From: Puccinia triticina
Lineage: Eukaryota
DNA: 64,000 bases
Assembly (NCBI GenBank): GCA_026914245.1
Contig: CP110439.1
Location: forward strand, 7,874,001 to 7,938,000
Direction: 5' to 3'
In this document: one piece after another, positions 13,801-26,091 of the stretch
Layout of the letters: the number at the start of each line of letters is the position of its first letter
Position numbering within the stretch: the stretch's first letter is position 1
Notes under the pieces: generated by a model
The model's input: the letters and a program-made list of their open reading frames with translations, nothing else
What the model was told of the DNA's origin: nothing
Database searches by the model: none
Program-made: the position numbers and the translations under genes

Positions 13801-15533
13801 GTTGCTACTCTGACGGCTATAGGGTTGAGAAGGTCTTCAAAATCATGTAGGGCGTACCTGTCGCCCGTAACATTGTTGGAGGCGCCGGTATCCCAGATGA
13901 CTTCTTGGCTACCGTCTTGTACGTTGACTGCCCGGAGGTCGAAACGATCAACAACTGGCTCAGCAGATAGCTCCTCATTCTCAAAGATGTAAGTTTCTTC
14001 TTGTTCTTCTGCGAATAGGTCCGGATTGATCATTCTGGTGTCAACCTTCTTGGTGGCAGTGGGTGGTGCTGAGATTTGCCGGTTGTTTGGAGCAGATGAT
14101 TGCGTATGTGACGCCGTCGAGGACAACGTGTTCCCCGGCTGTAGAGGACGAACATATGGAGCTTTGTCGAAGTTGTATGTGATGGAGCATGGCGGAAAGG
14201 CTGGGGCTGGGTTCCTTGGTTGGTATGTGGTGTTTTGGGCGGTGAAGGGGGGGTTTGCCGTCCCTCGTCGTTTGCGCGGACAGTTTGGAGCCATGTGGTC
14301 TAATGACTTGCAAATGTAACAGTACGGTGTCTTGTCGACCGCTAGGACTTCTATCTCGCTAGCTAGGTCACCTGTTCGTCTAGATTCAGCTTCTTGGGTC
14401 ATTATTTCAGCTTTTAAGACGTTCTTGCTTTCTTTCTTGGAGTTTTCTTGCGCGTTCAGTTTGGTCCTCGCCGCGTCCAATAGAGTCATCAGCTCGTTGA
14501 AACTTGGCGACCTTGAGTCGTTTGTCCCCATGAAGATTTCGACTTTGCAATTGAGAATGGGTTGGATCTCAGTGTTCCGCAAATTGCGTTGGAGCACTAA
14601 TCCCATAAGTTCATCAATGGAGAGTCCTATACCCGATTCGGCGAGAGTTTTCAGAGAGTCGTTGAAAGCCGAAAAGAGCAAGGCGTTTGTTGATGGCAAG
14701 GTGATGTCAATGTTGATGAAGGCGTCGAAGGCGTTCATCTGAGCTGCTCTGCAAGCCGTCCTGAACTTGGACACCAATTTCTTGTAGACTTCGGAGGCGG
14801 AGTCGAGCGACAAGACGTCCCATGCTAGATCCTGGTGAATGGAATTGTTGATGATACCTAGTGCCACTTTCTCCTGGAGAGACGTGCCGGGGTCTTCCGC
14901 GCTGGTGACGAAAAAATTCATGTCGTCGAACTGTTCCTTGGCATGTAGTTGGAGCATCCGTTCCCAAGCGCGAAGGTTGGAGCCGTCAGGTTGTAGTTTT
15001 TGACTTTTGGTGATGCGCTTTGAAATTGCCGAGACTCTGTTCGAAACTCGGTCGTGCTCGTCTTGCTCAGCCTTCTTCCTCATCTGCTTGGCCACCTTCC
15101 GTTGTTGTAGTTGGTCAGACAGTCGTTGCTCGCGCATCTCATTGATCAAGCGTTCGATGAGAGCCATGGGAACCATGGGTTGAGTTGTATCTTGAGCCAT
15201 GGTTTGTCGGTGGGCTGGTCCCGTAGTGGTTGAGGGACCGGCAATCCTAGGTTGGAAAGTGGTTTCGGCCACGTCTTCATCTTCGTCCGCCTGGTCTGAC
15301 ACAGCACATCCTTTGCCTTTGTCTCCAGAGTGTTCGTTGAGCATTGGATCGAGAAGGGTTCGCAGTGTTCTCTGTTTTTCCGGTGCCGTAGGGGCGCGCG
15401 ATTGTTCAAGGGCTGCCCGAGCTGCCTGTGCGTTGGGGGTCAGACGCGCGATGGTATGCGCCAGGTCTTCGTACCGGTGTGGTGTCTTGTTTGGTTTGCG
15501 GTCTTCAGGAGCCGAACGGTCTGGGTCTGCCAT
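10868..15533 (-). pseudogene. Copia gag-pol polyprotein, interrupted
   Basis: CCHC knuckle CYICKSLDHMAPNC, protease WDTGAS, WHRLFGH..CPVC zinc motif, integrase RSDNGGEF..NGAAER, RT KARYVA..VHVDD, RNase H DANW and ADILTK. In-frame TGA at 13752-13754 and a frameshift or deletion near 11200. Confidence 0.92.
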
Positions 15534-15946
15534 AGTTTTGTAGGGGTGGCGTGATATGGTGATTAAGAGGGGATAGGAAGAGAAGAAAAAGAAGGGAAGT
15601 TGTCCTCGGTCGGCGTAGTCGCTCCAAGGTCGAGTAGAACCACGACCCGACTTGTTGGGCTACACACAAAGTTTAAACCAAGAATACTGCTCTTTCAGCG
15701 GCACCGTGGCTATGGGTGATCAGTCCAACGTAAATATCTGCAGGATATTCACCACGGGCTTGCTTAAAGAGTAGTAACCTAAGAGTATACCCGTGAGCGT
15801 TACCACACAAGACTAGGATTTACGAGAGAACTAAACTCCCGAGGTCGAATTCGGTCGGATAATCAGTTAGAGAGAAGAGAAAACGATGGGAAGGGTTTTG
15901 ATTAAGGGATTATTATTTTGTTTTAGTTGTTATTATTATTGTTTTA

Positions 15947-16703
15947 CGGACTTACTTCGCGCACTGCGAAAAGCTCTTCGCGCACTGTGCAGTGCGCGAA
16001 GTTTGCAAACAATTCGCGCACTGCGCGTGAAGGGTGCAACTTTTTCAAATTATTTTTTGACCAATCAATAGACAAGCTTATTATTGTCCTCTGTGAATTT
16101 ATTTGGAGTTTTTTGAAGCTTCCTTGTATGCTTAAAAATCCCACCAATGAAAAAAGCAAGTACAGCCATTTGGGGACCTGGAATTCATATTCCCACAGGC
16201 CAAAAAATACAAATAATTTAGTGAATCATATTAAATATGTATTTAAAAGTTTTAGAAATTTTTGGCCACTTTGTACAAGGACAAGGCTTTCAAAAACCAG
16301 TAACTTTTTCTCAAGATATGCCAAAATGCGCCAGTAAGTGGTGAACTTTCTAATTTTTGAAAGCCTTATTCTTGCACAAAGTGGCCAAAAAATTCTAAAA
16401 AGTTCGAATTCATATGTATCATGATTCACTAAATTATTTGGATTTTCTTACTCGTGGGAATATGGATTCCAGGTCCCCAAGTGACTGTACTTGTTCATTT
16501 TATTGGTGGAATTTTTAAGCATACAGAGAAGCTTCAAAAAACTCCAAATAAATTCACAGAGGACAATAATAAGCTTTTCTATTGATTGGTCAAAAAATAA
16601 TTTGAAAAAGTTGCGCCCTTCACGCGCAGTGCGCGAAGTGTTTGCAAACTTCGCGCACTGCACAGTGCGCGAAGAGCTTTTCGCAGTGCGCGAAGTAAGT
16701 CCG
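15947..16703. mobile_element. Foldback-type MITE (almost wholly palindromic, 757 bp) inserted in the copia 5' leader
   Basis: Ends CGGACTTACTTCGCGCACTGCG / CGCAGTGCGCGAAGTAAGTCCG; arms complementary over about 360 bp; 8-bp TSD TTGTTTTA. Confidence 0.93.
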
Positions 16704-17953
16704 TTGTTTTATTATTATTATTTTTTTTTATTTTTTATTTTATTTTTTTTAATGCGGAGGTCGTCGACGGTTGGATGTAAAGGAAAAGAAAAACCGAGTG
16801 TTGGGATAGATGAAAGGTGATGATTTTTGGTGACTCGCCGGCGGACTACGGTTACTCGTCTGGGATGACTACGATACTCGTTCTCAATGAGAACTACTGG
16901 AAGAAGGCTCGTCCTGGTGCCGGCTACTGATGTGTATAATATATGAACTTTTGAAGAATTTTCGAGCTACTCCGGCGAGAGGCTCATAACCTGTTGGGTG
17001 GAGAGCTCAAAGGAATCGATAATCTCATTACATACAGATGGAATGAGTCTAAGTAGTATCTACAAGAGTCTGTGACAGGCCACGTAGTCGAGGTCACTGT
17101 ACATGTCATCTACATGTACCAACAATCTGATCTCCGAACTCCGGCCCACCGCATGGGGAGGGACTTCGATAAGATACTTAGAAGAAAAACATAAGTACCG
17201 TTGTCAGCCAACCGATTCGGTTGCTCAGAGCTCGAGCCAAGAGCAAATCGCCGAAACTCGCGGTGTCGCTGTTTCGTGAGTTACGGAAATGGATCGACCT
17301 GTGCTTAGAGTTGACAACCGGTCGGAGGAAGCTAAATGAATCGACTCATGACTCCGGAGGGCAGTTGTCGAGTTGACGGTGTTTTATAGATATCGGAACA
17401 CGACTTTTTCCGGGATCACAACTAGAGGCTATAGCGATCGGTCTCGGGCACATGAGACGAATTGCTCACGATGAAACACATACCTCAAGTCGCAACCAAC
17501 TTGGAACTGATCCTTCTAATTAGCGGTGTCCAAATCAACCGAGTCAGCCTATTATCCATTTTTTGACGGAGCGGTTCCAGCAATGTATGTAGCTCGTTTC
17601 GCGGAAGCATTGCTCTACCAAGCTCACTCCTGGAAGCCGAGGCGAATTGGAACAGGAAACCTTGGACCTGAATGCCTATATAAACCGCCTGGGTTTGCTT
17701 CGTGGCCCGTTTTCCTCTACCTCACCTCATCTTAAAGTTTGTTTTAACTGTACATAGTATATGAACCAGTGAGTCTATCTGTTCAAGGGAATACCCTCAA
17801 TCATTGGTCACTCGAGTCTGAGAAACCGCTTCCGAGCTGTAGCGCACTTTCGCTTTTTTTTACTAGCCCAAATATCATCAAAGACCGTGTTTACTACTCT
17901 CATAAACGTCCAGCATTACGAGGCTGTCTAAATACCAGACAGCAGCTTCCAGA

Positions 17954-20072
17954 ATGCTCCCATATTTCTCTACAATCCTAACCACCATTTCACTCCTCTC
18001 TTCCGCAAAATCTGATGCTTTCGGGGATAAAACCCTTTATCCGAGTCCCCCACCAATGAACATTCAAGGGAACGTCATAATTGGCTACTACCAGGCCTCC
18101 CGCGGATTGTATCAGCAACTAGAATCTGTCCCTTGGAGTTAGTAATGTATTGCCATTATATCTTCATCTCGACTGGCTGAGGCTAATAAAACGTAAACAC
18201 TCAGAATATTATAACAATGGGTACATGGTCTTTCAGGGCGTGTGGCCGATAGAACAATTCCGATTTACATTTGGGTCGGAAGACGAAAACACATTGGCTG
18301 TCCAAAATATGGAACCATTCGTTCAAGCCGCAACCAGAAGTAAGTATTACTCCAGTACTATAAAACTTTAGTGAAATGCTAAAGGTTTCTTATACGTTTT
18401 AGATCAGGTCACGCCTCTTTTAGGTATAGGGGGAGAACAAGGTTCAAAGTGAGCAATTAAGATCACATGTCTTTACAAACGGCCATCTAGCAAAACTGGC
18501 AGTTCAGCCCCCGCTTACTTCATTCTAAATCAATTTCACAGGTTATTTTCATACTATATGGGCAGTGGCGGATCCCGCACGACTTTCGTTCGTGCTGTTG
18601 TCGATCTAGCAAAGCTCTACAATTTCCAGGGTGTGGTAGTCACTTGGCTATGTACGGCAATTTGATTACTTTTCTACTCCACTACATGCTGATATTAACA
18701 TGTTGCACATATGATGTCTTCCCTTGGCATTGTCTGTTCAACAGCCCCAAACGAGTTCGTTTGTTCTTTCTTTTCTTCCATAAAGCGCCAGTCTGTTAAT
18801 TTTCTCTCATTTTTCGGATTAATTTTTAATTAGTCGTGGTGCTGGTTGCAACAATCGATCGCCGGAGGACGTAGTCAACTTCGGTTATTTTGCCCAAGTA
18901 AGCTCAGTTAAAAAACGCAACAAAAGTGGATAAAAATCAATACATTTTCTGTATAATTGCACATTCAGGAATTTAAAAAAATATGGAAAGAAGGCCGCCT
19001 CATTGTCCGGGTCAACTTCAACGGCTTCATTGGAGCATTGGGGACATATGCAACGCCCCAAGAAACAAGCCTGCTTGCCCAAAATGCAGATTATGTGTAA
19101 GTCATCCAGAATCCCCGTCAGGTTTAGAATGTAGACTTGGTAGCTCTGACAGGATTCCTCAATGGCAGTGACCTCATGGCATATGATGGTTATACCGGAA
19201 ACAAAGGCGATAAAACTGGTCCATTTTCAGCCTTAACTGGAGGCGATTGTCCCAAAATACCTTACCTTTCAAACGGGATAAAAGAATTGCTTCAGGTCAT
19301 GAATTACCAAGGCTTCTCGCCCCAAAAACTCATCCTTGGATTTACTGGTTACGGTCGCCTATTTTACTTACCCCAAAAGTTTGATATGAAAACTGATATA
19401 TCTCAGGTGGCTTATGGCGCGGCGCCGGTGAGTCAAATTATTTTATTTTGGCACTCAAAACTTGGGTTGTTGGAGATGATAAAACACTTGATTCACTCAA
19501 CTCTGCCTTACTTGGTTTAAATTCTAAACTAGCAAGGGGGATGGGCAGACAATCTCAACGGAACAGTGGACTCCTGCAATAGAGTTCGTGGCTACGAAGG
19601 CATTTACCTATTAACCGAAATCTTGAACAATGGCTGGCTCGCCCGAGATGGGGTCACATCCACGCAGGTTTTGACCAGGGGTTGGGATGAATGCTCCAAA
19701 CAGGTAAAGGATTTCTTCAGTACAGATTCTATCTGAACAAGAATTTAATTTTGTCCTTCTGGTTCCTACTTAGCCTTACCTCTACGACAACAAACATCTG
19801 TTAGTTTATGATGATCCTGGGAGTTTGAGCATTAAATCAAACCATGCAAAGCAGTCCGGACTAGCGGGAGTTTCTTTGTGAGTCTCTATGTTTTTTTCAG
19901 AGGGGACTTTGTGTGTGATATTGAAATGGTAAATTAAAACTCCTGAAATTGCCATTACAGATATTACTCCATGGGTTTTCCTGATGTTTTCTTGCAGGCT
20001 GCAACCTCCCCCTGGAGTGGATCAAGTGGATTTGGTGGATCTATCCCTTTGAATTTACATCCACAGTCTTGA
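17954..20072 (+). CDS. Secreted GH18 chitinase-like protein, predicted catalytically inactive, multi-exon
   Basis: Signal-like MLPYFSTILTTISLLSSAKS. GH18 landmarks after splicing: IIGYY, LLGIGG, SRTTFVRAVVDLAKLYNFQGVVVTWLSPN, GAGCNNRSPEDVVNF, LMAYD, PQKLILGFTGYGR, WDECSKQPYLY, LVYDDPGSLSIK, GLAGVSLY. About a dozen GT-AG introns, including a 10-nt micro-exon at 18745-18754. Stop TGA at 20070-20072. Confidence 0.88.
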
Positions 20073-22716
20073 TCAGGGGAAATCAATTAGGATTTGTAAA
20101 CACTGTCTCCCCAAATGACATGTGTGATAGGATAATTCACCTCAAGTTAGATATTGGTCCTTTTGCTGCATTGTGACTATTGAATGTATTCTCTTAGATG
20201 AGATAAGAACATTTTCAACCATATTCCTACCAAAAAAATATGTCATTTGCTTGTAAAACACAATCAAAAAACACATTTGACTTTCCCCCTGTGATACCAT
20301 TTCCTTGTATGTTCATTCTTTCAAAATTTGTGTAAACTTAGTACATCATTTTTGTGAAATTTCAAACACAAATTTGGCAGTGATGAGAATAAAATTGGTG
20401 TGAATCATTTCAAAAATTGGAGGGGAAATGCAAATTCCCACAGAAGCTTTTGCAAGTGTTTTGGATGAAATAGACCCACTGCACCATTGAACAGAAAATC
20501 AGGGGGCTTTTCCTCAATATGAACAGTTGGAGGTTGTTCAAGTTTTTCCCTGTGGTGCCAAACTGTTTGAGATTGGGAGGTGGGGCTTGCACCACATTAT
20601 ATGACAGGTCAAGATCTCTAAGATGGATATAGTAGAAGGATTCAGCTTATTTGGTGATACTATAGACTGAGGTTACCCAGAAAATTGTACCAATAAAATG
20701 CAGTGTTTTCAAATCACTGCCTGAAGCAATGCTGAAACTGTTCAGGTCTGGTCTGAGGAGAGAAAGATGGATTATGGGGTTCTGGGGTTTCTGCATCCTA
20801 AGATGGTAGATTGCAGGATGAGGAATCTGCCTGGATATGAGTGTGCATGCTGTGACATGTATGTGGAGGGCTATGTACATGGAAAGTGCCACTCTAGGAC
20901 CCTGGAAACCCCCTATAGAGGTGGGTAACCAAAATGTATGAATTTTTTGGCCAAAACCAAAAAGGGTACTCACCAAATATGTATGAATGGCCTTTTTTTG
21001 GCATGCGGGTACACACGGAAAATGTACTTTTTTTCTCATGGGGTTGGGGGGTTGGTGACAAAGATTGTATGAAAGTTCAGGGTTGAGCAGAAAAGCACCC
21101 CGGTAACCCCCCCCCCCCCCAAGGCCAGCCAACAATTTGCTTTTTTCAACTGCCCGCCGGCAAGGAGGAGGGGTTCTAGGGGGTTTGAGAGCCCATAACT
21201 AGTAGCCGGCTTAATCCTGTTTAATCTAGATTCTACTTGAATACACAGAAATTCAAGCTAATTCTCAAAAAGGTAGAAACATGTCCGGGCTCATCAGAGC
21301 AAATCAGAGCTCATCTGGACTTGTTCAGAATTTTCTCCAGCCTGGTCCAGCTCATTTCATCACATATCCCTTCATTTCAATCCCCAGAAAAAAATCCAAA
21401 GTTCAATTCATCTTTGTAAAAATGTTGGTCAATACTATTGTTCCAGATCTGTTTGACAAATTCTTCTCAATCTCTCTATCAGATTCACAGATACCTCGCG
21501 GAACACAAAATGACTTGATCTTTTGGCAGTTTAGCTCTCCTCCAATAATCCCTGAAGATGAAGAAGATGAGAGAATGCGGCATGTTGTGAATAAAAGCAT
21601 GGATGTGCTCTTTGGTGTTGAAAACTGCAAATAAAATCTCAGGTGTGGAAAGTTTGGCATTGAAGTTGTGCTTGAGTACTTGAAGAAAGCTTGTGGTTAC
21701 CCCTCTTGGAATGCGGACAAGCTCCCAATGAAAACAGTCACAATTGATCTTTTGTGGTTTTTAATCTATTTGTTTTTCATTTTTTTGACTTAAACTGCTA
21801 CAGCTGCCTATGAGATGCTATGCAGTGAAAAGAACGGCAAGCTGGCTGCGCAAAAAGGCCCGCTGTGGGTTTTCTGGGCCAAAAAAAAAAATGGTACACA
21901 CCAAATTTGTATGGATTTTTGGGCAGAGCCCTGAGCTACGGAAGCCCAGAGGGGACACCAATCGGCTCACCATTTTCGAAAGTGAAAAATCACTTTTGGA
22001 AATACAGATTTCTGTATTCCATTCAAAATACAGATTTCTGTATTTCAACATGCACAATCGCGGTGTCTGATTTGTGTTTCACCTGTTTCACCTTTCCCCT
22101 TCAGAAAAAGGTACCCGTTCCCCCCCGCTTTTTTTGCCACTTGTCCCCTTCCCCTATTTTTTTTTACCCATCGAAGATCAGCGGGGACCGGACGGTCCCC
22201 CGCCAGCTATGTCCGATCGGCCCAGCTACATAGTCATTTGTGGTTCCCCTTCGACCATTTCGTCTTCGCCAACTCAGCCGCTTCCGACGCTCGTATGTAT
22301 GTAGCCCCGTCAACACCTGCAACACCAACGGAGCTCGGCGACCCAACAACCACATCCCCATCGATCGCCAAGTGCCCCGTGTCCCCCAGTAACCTCATCG
22401 TTCGCACGGCTCAAGGCTGACGACCATCCGGGTACAAAAGGCACTTATGTGGTTCTTTCGACTCGCGCGACGCCAACTCAATCAAACCTCACCCTCGCCT
22501 TCATCACTGCCTGCCCAAACTGCCCCCTCCATCGCCTGCCCAAGCTGCCACCCAAGCGAATTGCCTCCTCTGAGCCCGCGTGAAGTAAGTGTTTTTCCGG
22601 AAATCTCCATCTATGGTTGCTCTGGTTGCTGGCAAGGCACAGCTGCGGTCTGCCCTTCCAGAGCCCGCCCATCTACCCTGCTCCTCCACAACTGCAACCA
22701 AGAACTAACATTATAC

Positions 22717-23560
22717 ATGCCCCAGCCCGAAGACTTCGTCGTTGACAAATCGAACTAGGTGGGACGATTGACCAGAAAGTTAATGCCACCCAAGCAACCG
22801 CAGCGGCAGCAAATGATACCAAGGTTGATGCCAAGGGGGCGATTTACCCCCGCCATAGGAACGGCTTGCGACTAAGCTGCTCAAGGGAATCCCGAAATGG
22901 GCATTGGCTTGGAAGGCGTGACCAACTTGGGGAGCAGCACTAAAGAAATCGTCGACCAGAGTCAAAAGGTCTCCCAGATGCTCCCAACCGTCAAGACTTT
23001 GACAACTGAGTTGCTCGGCGCCGCTCCGAAAAAGAGCAATGAGCTTATCAAGGCTGTTGAAGAGTCCACCAATGCCGGCGAGGCAATCACGTAAGTAGAA
23101 GCTTCTTGGAACACAGATACAGATCCTCACAAAAAAGCCTAACACTTTTTTGACGAATAATATGAATGTAGTAAATCCCTCATAGCCATCAACGCAAAAG
23201 TCGATGACGCCAAGTGAGTTCAACTATCTCGCCTGTGATTTGTTGATAGAGAGCTGACATCTGCTCCTCGTATCTTCTGCGTCATAAAGCAGGGATACAA
23301 TAACTTGGACAAATTTTTCTTGCAAATCCGCAAGAGTGAGTCCAGTCAATCTTTGGAGACCGTATCAAAACGCTCAGCAGACTGACGATGATGAAATGAT
23401 AGATGGGACCCAGCTTCGGACAGCCTAGCGGTTGGGGCGATTCCGAAGCTAGCCGAGCAAGCCAACCAAGCCCATGTTGAAGAAGCGGGCAGAGCGAGCG
23501 CAGTGAAGGTGGACGGCAAGAGCGGCAAGGCGCCTGTGGACGCAAACGCCGCAATAGCGT
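22717..23560 (+). pseudogene. Spliced hypothetical gene or remnant inside the IS3EU-like element
   Basis: Coding-like helical segment at 22897-23090 (MGIGLEGVTNLGSSTKEIVDQSQKVSQML...) ending at a GTAAGT donor; a short exon near 23187-23213 ending at GTGAGT; a further coding-like tract to about 23560. Reading frame continuity is unclear. Confidence 0.35.
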
Positions 23561-23916
23561 TGAGCAACTAGCCTTTTCTGAGATGGCAGTGAGGCCCTAG
23601 GGAGAGAGCATTGTAACCAATGCAATGACAAAAATGACGGCCGCTAACTTGCTAAGATGCCAGTGATGCTGTACCCCTCCATTTTACATGGCCACTTTGG
23701 TAGAAACAGCACTTCCTCCTGCGTTCCTGAGTATCCAACTTGGCCTTGCCTCTTCCATGTACGTGCACCTTAAGGGCCAAGTCCAACTTGTGCCCTGGCA
23801 AGTTTCACGAGCATATTTGCAAAACCACAAGTTGACCCAGGATCACTTCAGCGGTTGAGAGCCTTAAGATTGCTGAAGTTCTTGCTGACTTGTCCACTGC
23901 TGGTCAAGAACTCATC

Positions 23917-26091
23917 ATGGTCACGTGCATGAACTGCCACAAGTTTGTCACCGAGCTTCAGTTTGGTGGCTGGTGCCTCGAATGCCTTGTCTCTGTTGGT
24001 ATTAAGCCCGAAAATATGGGTAGCCCGCTAGTAAACCGCTACAACATAATCCCTTCCTGCCCTGCCATCATCTCAAACCAAGGTCCTCAAGTTAACCTAG
24101 CTCCCCCGTTGACCGAGAAAATACCGTGTGCTGGCTCAAAAGCCCACTTCCGCAATATCGGCAAAGCAAAACGCACCAAAATTCCAGCCCCAACTCCTTT
24201 TTCCCGAAATCCTTTGACTTCAGCCACACCAACTGAAAATTCAATCCGTATGTTGAAGTGTGGAATCATTTTCTACCAGGATGACAAGCCAAAGAAAACT
24301 GGCATCATGAGCTATATGCAGCAAGTGGACATAAGGGTTCCTAATTTGTATCACACTCTTCAACAACAACTATGGAAGTTGTTCTCCCCCGAGCTAATTC
24401 GCAAGGAGCTAGTCGAAGCTCTTCCTAACAATCCAATCAATTGTACAGCCCTAAGCGCTAACAAGAGTGTCCTCGATGCCGATACCCTACTGCTACTTGT
24501 TGGACAGTCCACCATGAAGAAGCCTCTGCAAATTGACTTGGTCTACGAGGATGGCGCAGGAGAAACCGACACAACTGAGAGAACCACTGCGACCGAGAGA
24601 CCATTGAGGAATAGAGCAAATCTTGAACCAAACATAATTACACCGCCAGTTGCCACTCAACCCAATGAAGGTCTGACTTCCCTTGCAACTTCTCGTAGTA
24701 ATGTCAATGATACTTTGTACATCCCAACAACCATCACTGCCAGGCCAAATGATGGTAATTGGGCGCTTGGTGGTACTTCTGGTAAGTTCAAGTTAATTCT
24801 GAATTAATGGCAATGCATGAGAGCTGATAAGGATCCTATGAAGCTACGGTGCCTGCTCGCGGACGTGCCAGCCTCTCGACTCACATGAGGCACCTCGGAC
24901 GACCCCTGTCCAGCTCACTCAACATCAACCCGGGAGGTTGGGTGCTCGCCAATAGGCTCAAGTTTAACCACCTCGACGTGGAAATTGGCCGTAACAGTCA
25001 CTCGCTTCCAAGATACCATCATCTGAAGGCAACTACTGTTCCAGAGACTGTCAAGATTGACCGCAACTTGGTTGTTGGTCAGGGTAGCATGAGGAGAGCA
25101 TATTCTGCTCAGGTCAGGACTGCAGGCCGGCATGGAGGACGACCACGCATCACAAACTGGGTAGCCAAAGTCCGATATCACGATGAATTCCCTAGCATCA
25201 AACTCCACGCAACCGATGCCCGCATGTATCAAGCATGTGCACATCTCCTTCAAGCATACCAGGGTGTAATCACTCGGTCACCCAGCAACTTACTCACACC
25301 TATCTTGAGACAAAAAGCAGCTGCCTTCAGTGTACGTTTTCTATTCCACATCACATTATTAGCTTGTCCACTTCAACTCACAAACTCGTGGGTCTGCTTG
25401 ATCTCGTAGATTGTCCGCCATTGTGTCATCTTCATTGGTGAAGAAAGTTACCCTTCTGAAGTCTACTTTTTGGAAGCTTCGCTTCCAGGAGACTACGTCA
25501 AATATTCTAGCAACGTTAACTTCTTGGTCAGCTCCAATGGGATGGACATCGATAACCTAGCTATCATGAATGCTTTTACGCATTGGTCCTATGTTATAAC
25601 CAACGGAGCCAGCCTTGTATGTGATCTTCAGGGAGTGGGATCAACAATCACCGACCCTCAAATAATTGACAGAGATGATGCGTAAGTCCTGATTGTAATG
25701 AGTCTGGGATAGTGGATTGTCTGACTGACATGTACTTTGAAGTCTCTGGGCTGATGGAAATAACGCCTCAAGAGGAATACAGCAATTCTTAGACAACCAT
25801 GTCTGCAACGATGTCTGCCGGGCCTTGAAGCTAGGCTCTCCCAGTGAGATCGTACCTAACATCTCTGAATCAAGTCAGCCTCCAGGATCAGTCAAATCAC
25901 CTCCAGCTACCAACTTGCGCCCCACAACTGGGTTTGGTACCAACACAATCAACCCTGTCCATAATCGTGTTGCCATTGCAGGACTACTCAGCACCGAGCT
26001 TGAAGACGGAATTCTCCCCAGCTTGAATTTCTTTGGATCTGAACTCAACCAACCCACTGATGACCGGGCTGTGAACACCAGCGAGAGATAG
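23917..26091 (+). CDS. Alpha-kinase (eEF2K/MHCK-like atypical protein kinase), about 4 exons
   Basis: Motifs VGQGSMRRAY, WVAKVRY, FLEASLPGDYVKYSSN, NAFTHWSY, LVCDLQGVG..TDPQI, WADGN..GIQQF..HVCNDVCRALKL. N-terminal CMNC..CLEC. Introns near 24782-24843, 25333-25409 and 25682-25742. Confidence 0.9.

Larger units (their letters stand above)
10664..17124 (-). mobile_element. Ty1/copia LTR retrotransposon, full length but disabled
   Basis: 133-bp LTRs at 10664-10796 and 16992-17124 (TG..CA, identical by eye). TSD ATCTG at 10659-10663 and 17125-17129. Minus-strand PBS GGTTATGAGCC next to the 5' LTR and poly-G PPT at 10797-10810. Domain order gag-PR-IN-RT-RH. Confidence 0.97.

Noticed and set aside
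15886..16820. Mirror-image ORF pairs on opposite strands (also 27592-28399 and 61177-61698)
   Set aside because: Artefacts of palindromic or tandem MITE structure, not genes.
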